DNA from: a virus | Lineage: Duplodnaviria; Caudoviricetes | Length of the DNA: 64,000 bases | Strand: one strand, 5' to 3' | IMG/VR virus record: IMGVR_UViG_2856153290_000001 | Location: 1 to 64,000 of that record | Part shown: in pieces, positions 37,092-46,698 of the stretch | How the letters are laid out: the number at the start of each line of letters is the position of its first letter | Position numbering within the stretch: the first letter of the stretch is position 1 | The notes under the pieces: model-generated | The model's input: the letters and a program-made list of their open reading frames with translations, nothing else | Database searches by the model: none | What the model was told of the DNA's origin: nothing | Position numbers and translations under genes: made by a program

Positions 37092-38771
37092 ATGCCTCAC
37101 CACTACCACAGCCGCGAGACCGCCGAGGTCGCCGAGTTCATCGATTCCTTCCGCCAGGAGTCGGTCAAGAGCGGCGTCTTCGATTCGGCCGCTGCCGACG
37201 ACTTCCTGACCACCGCGATCAACCAGAGTGCCGGCGTCAAGGTGCCGCAGAAGCTGCAAGCCGCACTCGACGAGGCCGACGACAAGTCCGCATCCATGCT
37301 GTCGCGCGCCATCTTCGACGGCGCCGCCGTCTACGAGCAGGCCCACGGCGCCCCCTGCCCGGCCGACGTCATGCAGCAGGCCATTCACCTGGCCTACGCC
37401 ACCACCAATGACGCGCGCCGCAAGATGGGCATGACCCTGGACTCCGCGACCAGCGAAGGCCATGACGCGCTGTCGCTCCAGCCCAACCGGGCGGTGGTCG
37501 CCATCCTGGCCGCCCTGACCGAGGCGATTCCGTTTGCCCACTACCTGCCGGCGGATATCAACTCCAACGAGGCCAAGCTGGCCATCATGACCCACCAGGC
37601 GGGCCGCGACTACGGTCGTTACAGCGCTGGCGGCATCATGGACGGCGCCAATTCCGGCGACACCTACATCTCGTCCAGCCGCGAGCACAAGTGCGAGGTC
37701 GAGACCGACGCCGAGGGCGACCCGACCGGCAACATCACCGGCAAGCTGACCGCCATTCAGGACACCGACGAGACCTGCGACCCCGATGCCGCAACGGTCA
37801 AGCTGCTGCGCGGCCGCGCCATCGTCTACGTCGACGGCATGATCGTCGCCAAGGAAGTGAGCTCCACCGGTACCGGCACGTCCGCGGTCAGCGGCCAGGT
37901 CGACATCGAGGGCACCACGCACCAGATCGGCGGCACCATCAACCCGGATACCGGCGCCATCGCTCTGACCGCCCAGCCGCCGCTGCCGGCCAGTTCCCAC
38001 GTGCTGGTGGAGTCGTTCATCGACTACGAGCGCGCCCCGGAGCTGACGCCGGAGATCATCACCGCCGTCGACACCTTCCAACTGTTCGCCAAGCCGTGGC
38101 GGGTGACCACCCACCAGACCATCGACAGCCGTACCCAGATGGCCAACGAGCTGGGTCTGGACCCGTACAGCGAGGGCGTGCTCGGCATCCAGTCGCAGTT
38201 CGCCAACGAGCGCCACTACGAGGTGCTGCGCAAGGCGCGTCGACTGGCTGGCCGCAACCAGGAGACCTTCGACTTCGCGTGGGCCTCGCAGGGTGACTAC
38301 AAGTCCCGGGCCGACGTGTGGCGCGACTTCAACGCCGTCGTGGGCGCCGTCAGCCAGCGCATGGCGCTGTCCACCATGAACCACGGCGTCACCCACCTCT
38401 ACGTGGGCGAGAACGTCGCCGCCCAGATGCAGGGCCTGCCCGCCGATATCTGGGAGCCGTCCGGCGTCGTCGAGCGTCCCGGCATCTTCCGCCTGGGCCG
38501 CCTGTTCGGCCGCTACGACGTCTACTACAGCCCCAAGGTGGTGCTCGAGACCGCCAACAGCGCCGAGGTGCTGTGCGTGGGGCGTGCCACCGACGTGACC
38601 CGCAACCCGTTCGTGCTGGGCGATGCCGTGCCGCCGACCGTGATTCCGCTGGCCACCAACGCCGACCTGAAGTCGGGCGCCGGCTTCTACGCGCGCAACT
38701 TCACCAGCGTGAACCCGCACCAGCCCAGCTCCACCGGCTGCGCGCTGATCAACGTCACCAACCTGTTCTAA
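37092..38771 (+). CDS. Major capsid protein (P1 gp23-like)
   Basis: 559 aa, strongly biased codons, IDYERAP and GIFRLGRL motifs; own promoter; upstream of the sheath gene as in P1. Confidence 0.8.
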   Translation: MPHHYHSRETAEVAEFIDSFRQESVKSGVFDSAAADDFLTTAINQSAGVKVPQKLQAALDEADDKSASMLSRAIFDGAAVYEQAHGAPCPADVMQQAIHLAYATTNDARRKMGMTLDSATSEGHDALSLQPNRAVVAILAALTEAIPFAHYLPADINSNEAKLAIMTHQAGRDYGRYSAGGIMDGANSGDTYISSSREHKCEVETDAEGDPTGNITGKLTAIQDTDETCDPDAATVKLLRGRAIVYVDGMIVAKEVSSTGTGTSAVSGQVDIEGTTHQIGGTINPDTGAIALTAQPPLPASSHVLVESFIDYERAPELTPEIITAVDTFQLFAKPWRVTTHQTIDSRTQMANELGLDPYSEGVLGIQSQFANERHYEVLRKARRLAGRNQETFDFAWASQGDYKSRADVWRDFNAVVGAVSQRMALSTMNHGVTHLYVGENVAAQMQGLPADIWEPSGVVERPGIFRLGRLFGRYDVYYSPKVVLETANSAEVLCVGRATDVTRNPFVLGDAVPPTVIPLATNADLKSGAGFYARNFTSVNPHQPSSTGCALINVTNLF

Positions 38772-38781
38772 GGAGTAGCAC

Positions 38782-39369
38782 ATGACTCGACTGGTCATCG
38801 GGCGCCCCGCCGTAGGCGGGATGGGCGCCAACCAGAAGGCCAAGGAGGCGTTCAGCGGGGCCGAGTTCCCGCTGACCGTGAACGTCGCCAACAAGATGAC
38901 GATCACGCTCAGCCTGCCCGAGGCCGGTATCAAGCTGCGCCCGCTGGCCAGCGGCGTGGCTACGTTCCGCGACTACGACCGCCTGCAGCGTGCGGTATCC
39001 AGCCTGGAGCAGATCGCCAGGCTCAACAACGCCGCCCAACTGGTCATCCTGGAAGCGGCCGAACCGTCAGCCGAGGAAGCCAAGGCCGCCGCCGAGCCTG
39101 CGCCTGAGGGTGATGCCGGCGAAACCGGCGACACCAGCGGCAGCGGCGACGGCGATAGCGCTGGCGGTGACGGCACCGAGCAGACGCCCGAGGGCGGGGT
39201 AGAAGTGGCGGTCACCATCGTGCAGGACGACGAGCAGGCGTTTGTCGTCGAGCTGGACGGCGTGCGCTTCGAGCCGCTGCGCAACCAGGTGCGCGAGGAC
39301 GGCACGCTGACCGCCGGGGGTCTCAAGGCCTTCGAGGAAGCCAAGGCCGCCGCCGGGGCTGACGACTAA
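38782..39369 (+). CDS. Hypothetical virion protein
   Basis: AAGGAG RBS; two domains joined by an acidic linker. Confidence 0.7.
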   Translation: MTRLVIGRPAVGGMGANQKAKEAFSGAEFPLTVNVANKMTITLSLPEAGIKLRPLASGVATFRDYDRLQRAVSSLEQIARLNNAAQLVILEAAEPSAEEAKAAAEPAPEGDAGETGDTSGSGDGDSAGGDGTEQTPEGGVEVAVTIVQDDEQAFVVELDGVRFEPLRNQVREDGTLTAGGLKAFEEAKAAAGADD

Positions 39370-39384
39370 AAGGGGGCATCAGCC

Positions 39385-41037
39385 ATGACCGTGTCATTCG
39401 TACGACAGCTCGGCGCCGAGTCGGGGGTTCAGCTGAACCCCCTGGTCGACGGCTCCGAGATTCCGACGACCGGCAATGAGGACCAGCTGTTCGCCATTGC
39501 CATGCGCGCCTCCCGCGGGCGCATCGACCGCGCTTTCAAGGTCAATCGCAGCAACGTCCGCCAGCGCCTGGGGCATGGCGAGCCGATGCGTGACAACGAG
39601 CTCAACGAGGCCTATGTCCACGTCCGTGAGGCGCTGGACAACGGCGCCTACGAGGCCGTGGTGGCGCGCCTGCACTCCGACGCCGCCGTGCTGAGCTGGA
39701 TCGTGGTCCGGGAGGAAGTGGCCGGCGATCCCGAGGAGCCGACCGGGGGCTTCGTCTTCGAGGTGTCGGAGACCGAGCCCGAATCCGCCTTCCTGTTCGC
39801 CGTGAAGCACCTGGAGTGTTTCAACGACGGCGTGATGGTCGAGTTCCGGGCCGACGAGAAGCGCGAGGGCGGGGTCAACGTCGCCAACGACGTCATCACC
39901 CTGCGCCTGCTCGAGCCCAACGGCGACAAGCTCATCGAGATCACGGGCTCACTGGATCGCGACGCCAAGGACGACAGCGGCAACTCCTACTACCTGCCGA
40001 ACGTCATCGAAAGCCGTACCGACCGCCTCGAGGTCCTGACCGGCGCCACGACCGTCATCGAGCCGGACTCCGACGCCTACGGCTATGACGAGATCTTCCG
40101 CGAGAAGTGGGCGACCTCCGAGGTGCTGGAGTACTTCGACGAGGGCGGTACCGCCTACGCCGTCGACGACTACGTGCGTGCCCGTGACCAGCTCTACGGC
40201 ACTCAGCACGGCTATGCCTACATCGCGTCCGGCGGCAGCGAGGCGCCGGCACTGATCGCCGAGCTGGCCCGGCTGGGCTTCGACACCAACCGTCAGCTGC
40301 GCGTCGACGTTCCCGGGCATCTCGACGTCGAGGGCGCCATTGCCTTCGTCGAGCAGATGAACCTGGGCAGCATGGCCGAGGCGCACCTGCTGCACGTCTT
40401 CTGGGCGCCGCTCAAGAGCAATGACCCGACCGGCATCAACGGCAAGCGCCACTTCGGTACCGCCACGCTCAACATCGCGCTGGCGTGCGGCCGCAACGCG
40501 CGTGTCAACGCCAAGGGCTTCGCGCCGAAGAACTACCCGATTGCCGGCCGTGAGTGGCCGGTTCGCCGCCAGGGCATCGTGCAGACCTACACGCCCAACA
40601 ACCAGGAGCTCAACGCCCTGGCCCGGGCGAAGATCAACCCGGTGGTCTTCGAGAACTACTCCGGGGGCGGTCGCTACGTGTTCCGCGACTCGCTGACCAG
40701 CGCGCAGGTGGATTCCAGCCTGAAGAAGCTGATCGCGGTCGCCGACATGTCGACCTCCGTCGACGATGCCGTCACGCGCGCCGGCAAGGACTTCCTGCAG
40801 CTGCCGATGAACGTCTCCATCAAGCGCATGCGGGACTTCCTGACCACTCTGTTCGAGGGCGCGGAAGCCTCCGGATGGCTGGTACCGTCCGACGACCCGG
40901 CCATGGGCGGCGCGGCCTGGCGCTTCGAGGTCCAGCCCAACGAGCAGCGGCCGTATGAACTCATGGATGTCCGCTACTGGCTGCGCTACGACGGCACCAA
41001 CCGCCAGACCCACGTGACCCAGACGCTGAGCCGCTAA
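39385..41037 (+). CDS. Contractile tail sheath protein (P1 gp22-like)
   Basis: 550 aa; YPIAG, LARAKINPV, VFRDSLT sheath-like C-terminus. Confidence 0.8.
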   Translation: MTVSFVRQLGAESGVQLNPLVDGSEIPTTGNEDQLFAIAMRASRGRIDRAFKVNRSNVRQRLGHGEPMRDNELNEAYVHVREALDNGAYEAVVARLHSDAAVLSWIVVREEVAGDPEEPTGGFVFEVSETEPESAFLFAVKHLECFNDGVMVEFRADEKREGGVNVANDVITLRLLEPNGDKLIEITGSLDRDAKDDSGNSYYLPNVIESRTDRLEVLTGATTVIEPDSDAYGYDEIFREKWATSEVLEYFDEGGTAYAVDDYVRARDQLYGTQHGYAYIASGGSEAPALIAELARLGFDTNRQLRVDVPGHLDVEGAIAFVEQMNLGSMAEAHLLHVFWAPLKSNDPTGINGKRHFGTATLNIALACGRNARVNAKGFAPKNYPIAGREWPVRRQGIVQTYTPNNQELNALARAKINPVVFENYSGGGRYVFRDSLTSAQVDSSLKKLIAVADMSTSVDDAVTRAGKDFLQLPMNVSIKRMRDFLTTLFEGAEASGWLVPSDDPAMGGAAWRFEVQPNEQRPYELMDVRYWLRYDGTNRQTHVTQTLSR

Positions 41038-41046
41038 GGAGAGACC

Positions 41047-41760
41047 ATGTCTGATCTGCAAAACATGCTGCGTGGCGTGATGTACCCGCGCCACAAGCAG
41101 CCCGACCCCAAGCCCGCCGCCGAGGAGTCTCGGCGGTACCTGCTGCTCGACGATGCCGGCGAACCGATGCTCGACAGTGCCGGCGAGCACGAGCACATGA
41201 GCCTGCGCATGGACGCCGTGGCCGTCATCCAGCAGTGGATCGAGGAAGACGACCTCGACGACGGCGAGAGCAGCGCCGACCGCCTGCTGGCAATGATGGT
41301 CGGCATCGCCGACGGCAACCAGGACGGCGAGCTCGACGAGGACGAGCACGAGGTCGTCGACGTCGCCCGTGAGGCGGCCTGGGACTACCTGTCGGCCCTG
41401 GGTATCGAAGACGAGGATATCGGCCTGCTGCTCGACGACTGGGACGACGAGGCCGCCGAGCGGATCCGCGACGCCGTGGCGGCCGCGCTGCCCGACGGCG
41501 ACGACGAGGCCGATACCGCCATCGACAACTTCACCTTCGACGACGCCGACCAGGAGGCGGTCTTCGACGCCACCTACCGCAAGCGCACCGTCGTTCGCGG
41601 GGGCAAGAAGAAGCGCGTCAACAAGCGCGTGTCCGGCAAGGTGCGGCTGTCCGGCAAGCAGAAGCTGGCCATTCGCAAGGCGCGTAACAAGGCACACAGT
41701 CCGCGCGCCAAGGCGCGTCGCCTGAAGTCGATGCGCGTGCGCCGCAAGATGGGGATGTAA
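41047..41760 (+). CDS. Acidic/basic bipartite head protein (prohead-core-like)
   Basis: D/E-rich body, then about 60 aa K/R-rich tail. Confidence 0.6.
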   Translation: MSDLQNMLRGVMYPRHKQPDPKPAAEESRRYLLLDDAGEPMLDSAGEHEHMSLRMDAVAVIQQWIEEDDLDDGESSADRLLAMMVGIADGNQDGELDEDEHEVVDVAREAAWDYLSALGIEDEDIGLLLDDWDDEAAERIRDAVAAALPDGDDEADTAIDNFTFDDADQEAVFDATYRKRTVVRGGKKKRVNKRVSGKVRLSGKQKLAIRKARNKAHSPRAKARRLKSMRVRRKMGM

Positions 41761-41782
41761 CCCTTTTCGAGGGGTGTTGCTT

Positions 41783-41806
41783 GGCGGCCGGTGGCCGCCT
41801 TTTTTT
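41783..41806 (+). terminator. Intrinsic terminator
   Basis: GGCGGCC-ggt-GGCCGCC-T7. Confidence 0.8.
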
Positions 41807-41822
41807 CTGACGGGAGTCTGAC

Positions 41823-42581
41823 ATGGTGCTGCCATTTGATGGGCTGGGGCCGCTGTGGGACGGCATCAATCCCCACCTGATCGCCACCATCTACGAGGTC
41901 GACCACGTCGGCGAGCAGCTGGACGATAGCCCGTTGGTGCGCTGCCTGTTCGTCGACGACGCCAACCTCGAGGCCACGCTCAACTGGCAATCGCCGTTCG
42001 ACGGTGCCGGTCCCGAGGCCAGGGCGCCGACACTGGCCGCCATGTTGCAGAGCGGCGCCATCCAGCCCATCGCCGAGCGACTGGGCGACGACGTCGGCGG
42101 CGCCACCCGAGAGGTGAGCGAGACCGCGCGCGGGCGCACGGGCATCACCAAGCTCAACAGCACGCAGGTGTTCAGCGGCATGCCGCCCGTCCGCCTTCAG
42201 GCGACGATCATGCTGCGTGCCTGGCGGGACCCGGGCGCCGAGGTCGAGGCGCCGCTCGACCAGCTGATGCGCTGGGTGCTGCCTCAGTTCCTGGCCCCGG
42301 AGGGCACGCTGCTGACCGCGGCGCTCGACTGGTACCAGCGCGGCGAGCGCGACGTCAACGGCTTCATCGAGGCCGCCATGCCGTCGGCGGCGCCGTCGCT
42401 GCTGGCCGTGCGCTACAAGGGCCGCACCTACGCCCCGATGGTGGTCGAGAACATCGGCGTGCCGCTCAACTCCCCATCTGACCGCTTTGGTCGCTTCGTC
42501 CAGATCCAGATACCGGTGACGTTCAGCACGCTGACCGCGCTGGACCGCCACGACTGGGACGCCATGAAAGGAGTGCCGTGA
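41823..42581 (+). CDS. Baseplate/tail tube initiator-like protein
   Basis: NWQSPF, TKLNSTQVF; position. Confidence 0.55.
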   Translation: MVLPFDGLGPLWDGINPHLIATIYEVDHVGEQLDDSPLVRCLFVDDANLEATLNWQSPFDGAGPEARAPTLAAMLQSGAIQPIAERLGDDVGGATREVSETARGRTGITKLNSTQVFSGMPPVRLQATIMLRAWRDPGAEVEAPLDQLMRWVLPQFLAPEGTLLTAALDWYQRGERDVNGFIEAAMPSAAPSLLAVRYKGRTYAPMVVENIGVPLNSPSDRFGRFVQIQIPVTFSTLTALDRHDWDAMKGVP

Positions 42582-43339
42582 TGATTCACTTCCCGACCCT
42601 GCGCACCCGACGCCTGACGGTGCGCCTCAAAGAGCTGGCGATGATCGACGCCATCGCCCTGGCGGCCATTCCGCCACACCTCAACGAAGAAGCGACGACC
42701 GTCTTCCTGCGCGCGGCCGTCGACGATGCCCAAGGCGTTTCCGATCCCGACCAGTGGACGGTGCAGGAGCGCACGATGGCTGTCTGCCACTACATGGCGT
42801 CGACCCTGGACGATGGCCCCGACTTCAGCCTGGCCGGTGGCAAGGCGCGTTTCTCCGACTACCTGACGGGCGAGCGTGACTACGGCGCCGACAGCGTAGA
42901 CGTCGGCGAGATCGAGGGCGACCACTGGACGGCACGCCACCTGACCGGCGCCCTGGCCGGTGCCGTCGAGCGCTTGACCGGCGAACTGCCGGGCGTCGAC
43001 GGCCTGGCGCACTGGCGAATCGGCCGCATGGCGGCGCAGCTCGTGCCCAATGGCAACGCGGTACCGGCCGAGGGTGATATCGACGCCGCTCTGCTGGAGC
43101 GCATGCGTGTCATCACTCGCTACCCCGAGAGTGTGTTCGCCCGCCTGTCGGCCGGCTTCGACGCCGCCTGCCAGGAGCTGGACCACCTGTTTCTGATCGA
43201 TGCCGACGAGCACGGCCTGATGGCCCTGCCAAGGGAGGATAGCGCGGCTGGCAAGCCGCCGGCGCGATTTCCAGTTGGCGCCTGCCTCACAGACCTCGCG
43301 CGACAGTTGGGTGGAAAACCAGCGGCTGCTCGCCCATAG
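42578..43339 (+). CDS. Morphogenesis protein (tail/baseplate assembly chaperone-like)
   Basis: DPDQWTVQER motif; position. Confidence 0.55.
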   Translation: MMIHFPTLRTRRLTVRLKELAMIDAIALAAIPPHLNEEATTVFLRAAVDDAQGVSDPDQWTVQERTMAVCHYMASTLDDGPDFSLAGGKARFSDYLTGERDYGADSVDVGEIEGDHWTARHLTGALAGAVERLTGELPGVDGLAHWRIGRMAAQLVPNGNAVPAEGDIDAALLERMRVITRYPESVFARLSAGFDAACQELDHLFLIDADEHGLMALPREDSAAGKPPARFPVGACLTDLARQLGGKPAAARP

Positions 43340-43553
43340 CCTGGCCCTATATTCGGCGACATCACTTCCCGACGCGCTGCGCATGACCGGCAGCGAGGCC
43401 GAGGCCTTCTTCGAGGGCAAGGCCTACGCCGATTGGCGCAAGGGGAAGGAGCAGGAACTGAAGCTGCAGGCTGCCGTCAGCGACCGCTTGAACGGTGTGA
43501 TCAGGGCCTGCGGCGCAATCGTAAAGACGGTGGCATCACTGGGGCGTCGTTGA
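43275..43553 (+). CDS. Small hypothetical protein (start uncertain; alternative ATG 43383)
   Basis: Good codon usage in EAEAFFEGKAYADWRK; overlaps the upstream gene. Confidence 0.5.
   Translation: MAPASQTSRDSWVENQRLLAHSLALYSATSLPDALRMTGSEAEAFFEGKAYADWRKGKEQELKLQAAVSDRLNGVIRACGAIVKTVASLGRR
43313..43353 (+). promoter_or_regulatory. Late promoter motif 3 (intragenic, upstream of the lysis cassette)
   Basis: GGAAAA-N29-TATATT. Confidence 0.55.
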
Positions 43554-43596
43554 CGGGCGTCGTGAGGTGTCCGGCCATGCGCGACAGGAGGGCGAT

Positions 43597-43953
43597 GTGG
43601 CAGAACCAACTACCAGCGCAGCGGCGGCAACGGCGACGGCGACCGGTATCGGCCTGGCGGCCCTGCTGCCCTGGATCGACGCCAATGCCCTGATGGGGGC
43701 GGCGCTCGGCGCCGGCCTCGTGGCCTACAGCAAGTCCGACCTGCGAGCCTGGCAGCGCCTGGGCGCGCTGCTGTTCTCCGCCCTGTGCGGCTATCTCATG
43801 ACACCCGAGATCGTGGCGCAAACCCCGGTGACCCACGACGGAGCGGGCGGGTTCATCGGCGCCATCGTCGTCGTCCCGCTGTCGCTGAAGCTCATCCAGC
43901 ACGTCGAGAGGTTCGACCTGGCGACGTGGCTCGACCGCCGGAAAGGCAAGTGA
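43597..43953 (+). CDS. Putative holin
   Basis: Multiple TM segments, basic C-terminus, AGGAGG RBS before GTG. Confidence 0.75.
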   Translation: MAEPTTSAAAATATATGIGLAALLPWIDANALMGAALGAGLVAYSKSDLRAWQRLGALLFSALCGYLMTPEIVAQTPVTHDGAGGFIGAIVVVPLSLKLIQHVERFDLATWLDRRKGK

Positions 43954-43962
43954 GGCTCGGCA

Positions 43963-44271
43963 ATGGCTGATACCGGGGTACTTCAAAGCATCGCGCCGGC
44001 ACTGGCGGCCTTCAGCTACTTCATCGCCGCCATGCGCCTGGCCACCTTCCGCCGCGGCGCGCGCCGCTACAAGCCGTGCGTGTCGCTACTGGCCAGCGTG
44101 CTGATTGGCACCCTGCTGTGCGCCGGCCTCGAAGTCGTGTTTCTCAAGCCTGAGGTGAGCCTGTTCCAGACCGTGCTCGCCGCCCTGTTTTGTGTCCTGA
44201 CGCTGCGTGCTCGGGGCAATGTCGCCAGCCTGATGAGGATGTCCTATGACGGCACTTCTGAGACGAGGTAG
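43963..44271 (+). CDS. Phage holin family protein
   Basis: 3 TM segments; FRRGARRYK and ARGNVA motifs. Confidence 0.75.
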   Translation: MADTGVLQSIAPALAAFSYFIAAMRLATFRRGARRYKPCVSLLASVLIGTLLCAGLEVVFLKPEVSLFQTVLAALFCVLTLRARGNVASLMRMSYDGTSETR

Positions 44272-44950
44272 CCGCGGCGAGGCCGTGCGCGCCCTGCAAC
44301 AAGAGCTCAACCGCCAAGCCGGCGCTGGACTGGTCGATGACGGCGTGTTCGGTCCCGTCACCGAGCGGGCGGTCAAGGCCTTCCAGCGCAGCCGGGGGCT
44401 GACGCCTGACGGGCTGGTCGGCCCCGCTACCCGCGGGGCGCTGGGCACTGCCCCGAAACGGCCGGCCCCCGGGCAGGGCGAGGCCAATCTGTGCGCCTTC
44501 CTGGACATGATCGCCTTCGCCGAGGGTACGGACCGTTACGGCGAGCAGGACGGCTATGACGTGCTGGTCGGCGGCGAGCTGTTTACCGACTTCAGCGACC
44601 ACCCCAACAAGCGGGTCTGGCTGCCGGCCTATGGCATCCATTCCACGGCGGCCGGCCGGTACCAGATCCTGCACCGTTACTGGAAGCACTACCAGGCGCA
44701 GCTCGGCCTGCCCGACTTCGGCCCGGCATCACAGGACCTCTACGCGGTTCAGCAGATCCGGGAGCGGCGCGCCTATGACGACGTGCTGGCCGGGCGTATC
44801 AGCGACGCCATCCGCAAGTGCGCCAACATCTGGGCGTCCTTCCCGGGCGCGGGCTACGGCCAGCGCGAAGTCGCCGAACGCGAGCTGATCGCCTTCTACC
44901 GCCGGAAGGGTGGGCGGCTCGAGCACGAGACAGGGGAGATGACGGCATGA
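44246..44950 (+). CDS. Endolysin: PG-binding domain + lambda-R-type muramidase
   Basis: LRRGSRGEAV...DGVFGPVT...FQ...DGLVGP; AFLDMIAFAEGT, STAAGRYQ, WASFPGAGYGQ. Confidence 0.92.
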   Translation: MTALLRRGSRGEAVRALQQELNRQAGAGLVDDGVFGPVTERAVKAFQRSRGLTPDGLVGPATRGALGTAPKRPAPGQGEANLCAFLDMIAFAEGTDRYGEQDGYDVLVGGELFTDFSDHPNKRVWLPAYGIHSTAAGRYQILHRYWKHYQAQLGLPDFGPASQDLYAVQQIRERRAYDDVLAGRISDAIRKCANIWASFPGAGYGQREVAERELIAFYRRKGGRLEHETGEMTA

Positions 44951-45171
44951 GGTTGACCGACGACGCCCGCAACTGGCACCGCCTGTGGTCGGTGCGGCTG
45001 GGCATTCTTGCCGCCGTGTTCGGCGGTGTCGAGGCCTCGCTGCCACTCTGGGAGGTCGCCTTGCCGCAGGGGGTGTTCGCCGTCCTGGCAGCCGTCTCCG
45101 GTACCGGCGTGGGCATCGTGCGCGTGATCAAGCAGAACCTGCCGCCTCACGGCGACGAGGCGGACCAATGA
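44947..45171 (+). CDS. Small 2-TM holin/antiholin-like protein
   Basis: NWHRLWSVRL...VRVIKQ. Confidence 0.65.
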   Translation: MRLTDDARNWHRLWSVRLGILAAVFGGVEASLPLWEVALPQGVFAVLAAVSGTGVGIVRVIKQNLPPHGDEADQ

Positions 45172-45455
45172 GCCGGCTCCGGCAAATAGTGGTCGCCGCC
45201 CTGGGGCTGTTGGCTACCGCGCTGTCGATCGCGCTCGCCGTCGTCGCCAGGCAGCGCGACAACGCCCGTCAGCGAGCCGATGACGAGGGCCGGCGGGCCG
45301 ATACCGCCGAGGAGCGTATCGAACAGCGGCACAAGGCCGACACGGCCAGCGCCAAAGGCAAGGAAGAGGGGGAGCGTGATGTCGAGAAAGCCCGTGCTGA
45401 CGCGCGTAGCGGTCGCCGCGACCATTTTGCTGATGGCTGGATGCGCGACGACTAG
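45168..45455 (+). CDS. i-spanin (Rz-like)
   Basis: N-terminal TM followed by a coiled coil, after the endolysin. Confidence 0.7.
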   Translation: MSRLRQIVVAALGLLATALSIALAVVARQRDNARQRADDEGRRADTAEERIEQRHKADTASAKGKEEGERDVEKARADARSGRRDHFADGWMRDD

Positions 45456-45687
45456 GACCGTCTTCGTTCAGGAGCCGTTGCCTGTGCCCGAGCGGCCGGC
45501 GCTGCCCGTCGTGACGGCCGCTGAGTTCGCCTGTCATCCCGAGGTGGATGCCGTGCTGCGTGAGCTCGAGCTGCCGCCCTATGACGGCTGTCTGGCGGCA
45601 GGTGCCTATGAGGCGCTGGCCACGCGTGACGCCATGCTGCAAGCCCATATCCGGCGCCTGGAGGCGGTACTGCGCACGACCCACTGA
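45379..45687 (+). CDS. o-spanin lipoprotein (Rz1-like)
   Basis: Lipobox LMAG-C; Pro-rich; overlaps the i-spanin 3' end. Confidence 0.7.
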   Translation: MSRKPVLTRVAVAATILLMAGCATTRTVFVQEPLPVPERPALPVVTAAEFACHPEVDAVLRELELPPYDGCLAAGAYEALATRDAMLQAHIRRLEAVLRTTH

Positions 45688-45708
45688 GCCAGGGCGCCGA
45701 GACCGAGC

Positions 45709-45749
45709 GGAAAACCCGGGGGCTGCGCGCTCCCGGGCAGCGATAGTCT
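45709..45749 (+). promoter_or_regulatory. Late promoter motif 4
   Basis: GGAAAA-N29-TAGTCT upstream of the tail tube gene. Confidence 0.7.
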
Positions 45750-45814
45750 GGGCGCTCAAGGCCATGGAACGCCATGGCTCGTGCTGACTTGATCCCAACC
45801 ATCGAGGCTACGCC

Positions 45815-46315
45815 ATGACCGTATCCAACGCCAACTACCTCAAGGGCTTCTACGACCAGACCAAGGCCATGGGGCAGAAGGTGGTCAACTCCGACTTCAC
45901 CTTCGAGATCGAGGGCTTCGAGCAGAACTACCTGCTGGCCCGCCAGTGCCCGTGGCCCGTCGTCGCGCCGCAAGGCGAGATCGAGGTGCCGTCACCGCTG
46001 GGCGCCGCCCTGTGGGAGCCGCAACAGATCCGCGTCAACCACCAGGGGCAGGTGACCCTGATGGAAGTGACGGCCGGCAGCATCGATCAGATGCTCGTCG
46101 ACATCATCACCAACGGCGGCACGTTCAACGCCAAGATCTACGAGGGCACGCCCGAGCGCTACCTGCGCTACAAGCGCATCACCGACGCCTTCATCCAGAT
46201 CGACGACCCGGATCGCGACTGGGAGAACCGCAGCCAGATCCTGGCCTTCAGCGGCACCATGTTCTTCCACTACTTTGGCGAGATCGTGGAAGGCAACAGC
46301 ACGGATTACCGCTGA
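45815..46315 (+). CDS. Tail tube protein (P1 Tub-like)
   Basis: 166 aa, beta-rich, strongly biased codons, own promoter. Confidence 0.65.
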   Translation: MTVSNANYLKGFYDQTKAMGQKVVNSDFTFEIEGFEQNYLLARQCPWPVVAPQGEIEVPSPLGAALWEPQQIRVNHQGQVTLMEVTAGSIDQMLVDIITNGGTFNAKIYEGTPERYLRYKRITDAFIQIDDPDRDWENRSQILAFSGTMFFHYFGEIVEGNSTDYR

Positions 46316-46692
46316 TGGCAAAGCTGGCCGACCTGGTGACCCGCTTCGTCGAGCTCGAGCGCGGGGCTGCCAACATCCTTCCCCCGGAATCCGTCACGGC
46401 GCAAGCCGTGGCGGCGGTGTCGTTCTATGCCGGCTTCGCGGCGCTGACCCACCTGGCAGAGGGCGCCGACATCGACGAGAACGTCGACATCACGGTGTCG
46501 GAGTGGGCCGAGATACGCCCGCTGTTCATCCTCTACGTCGAGCGTGAGAACGCGCTGCAAATGGAGGCGACCGGCATCCTGAGCGCTGGCGGCGGCTTTG
46601 GTCGCTCGAGCTCCGAGGTCGGCAGCGAGATCACGCAGCTCGAGGCCGACCTGCCGCGGCGCGTCTTCTTCCATCCCGTCGTCACGGTGTAG
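46315..46692 (+). CDS. Head-tail adaptor-like morphogenesis protein
   Basis: SEWAEIRPLF...FGRSSSEV; follows the tube gene. Confidence 0.55.
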   Translation: MAKLADLVTRFVELERGAANILPPESVTAQAVAAVSFYAGFAALTHLAEGADIDENVDITVSEWAEIRPLFILYVERENALQMEATGILSAGGGFGRSSSEVGSEITQLEADLPRRVFFHPVVTV

Positions 46693-46698
46693 ACCGCC

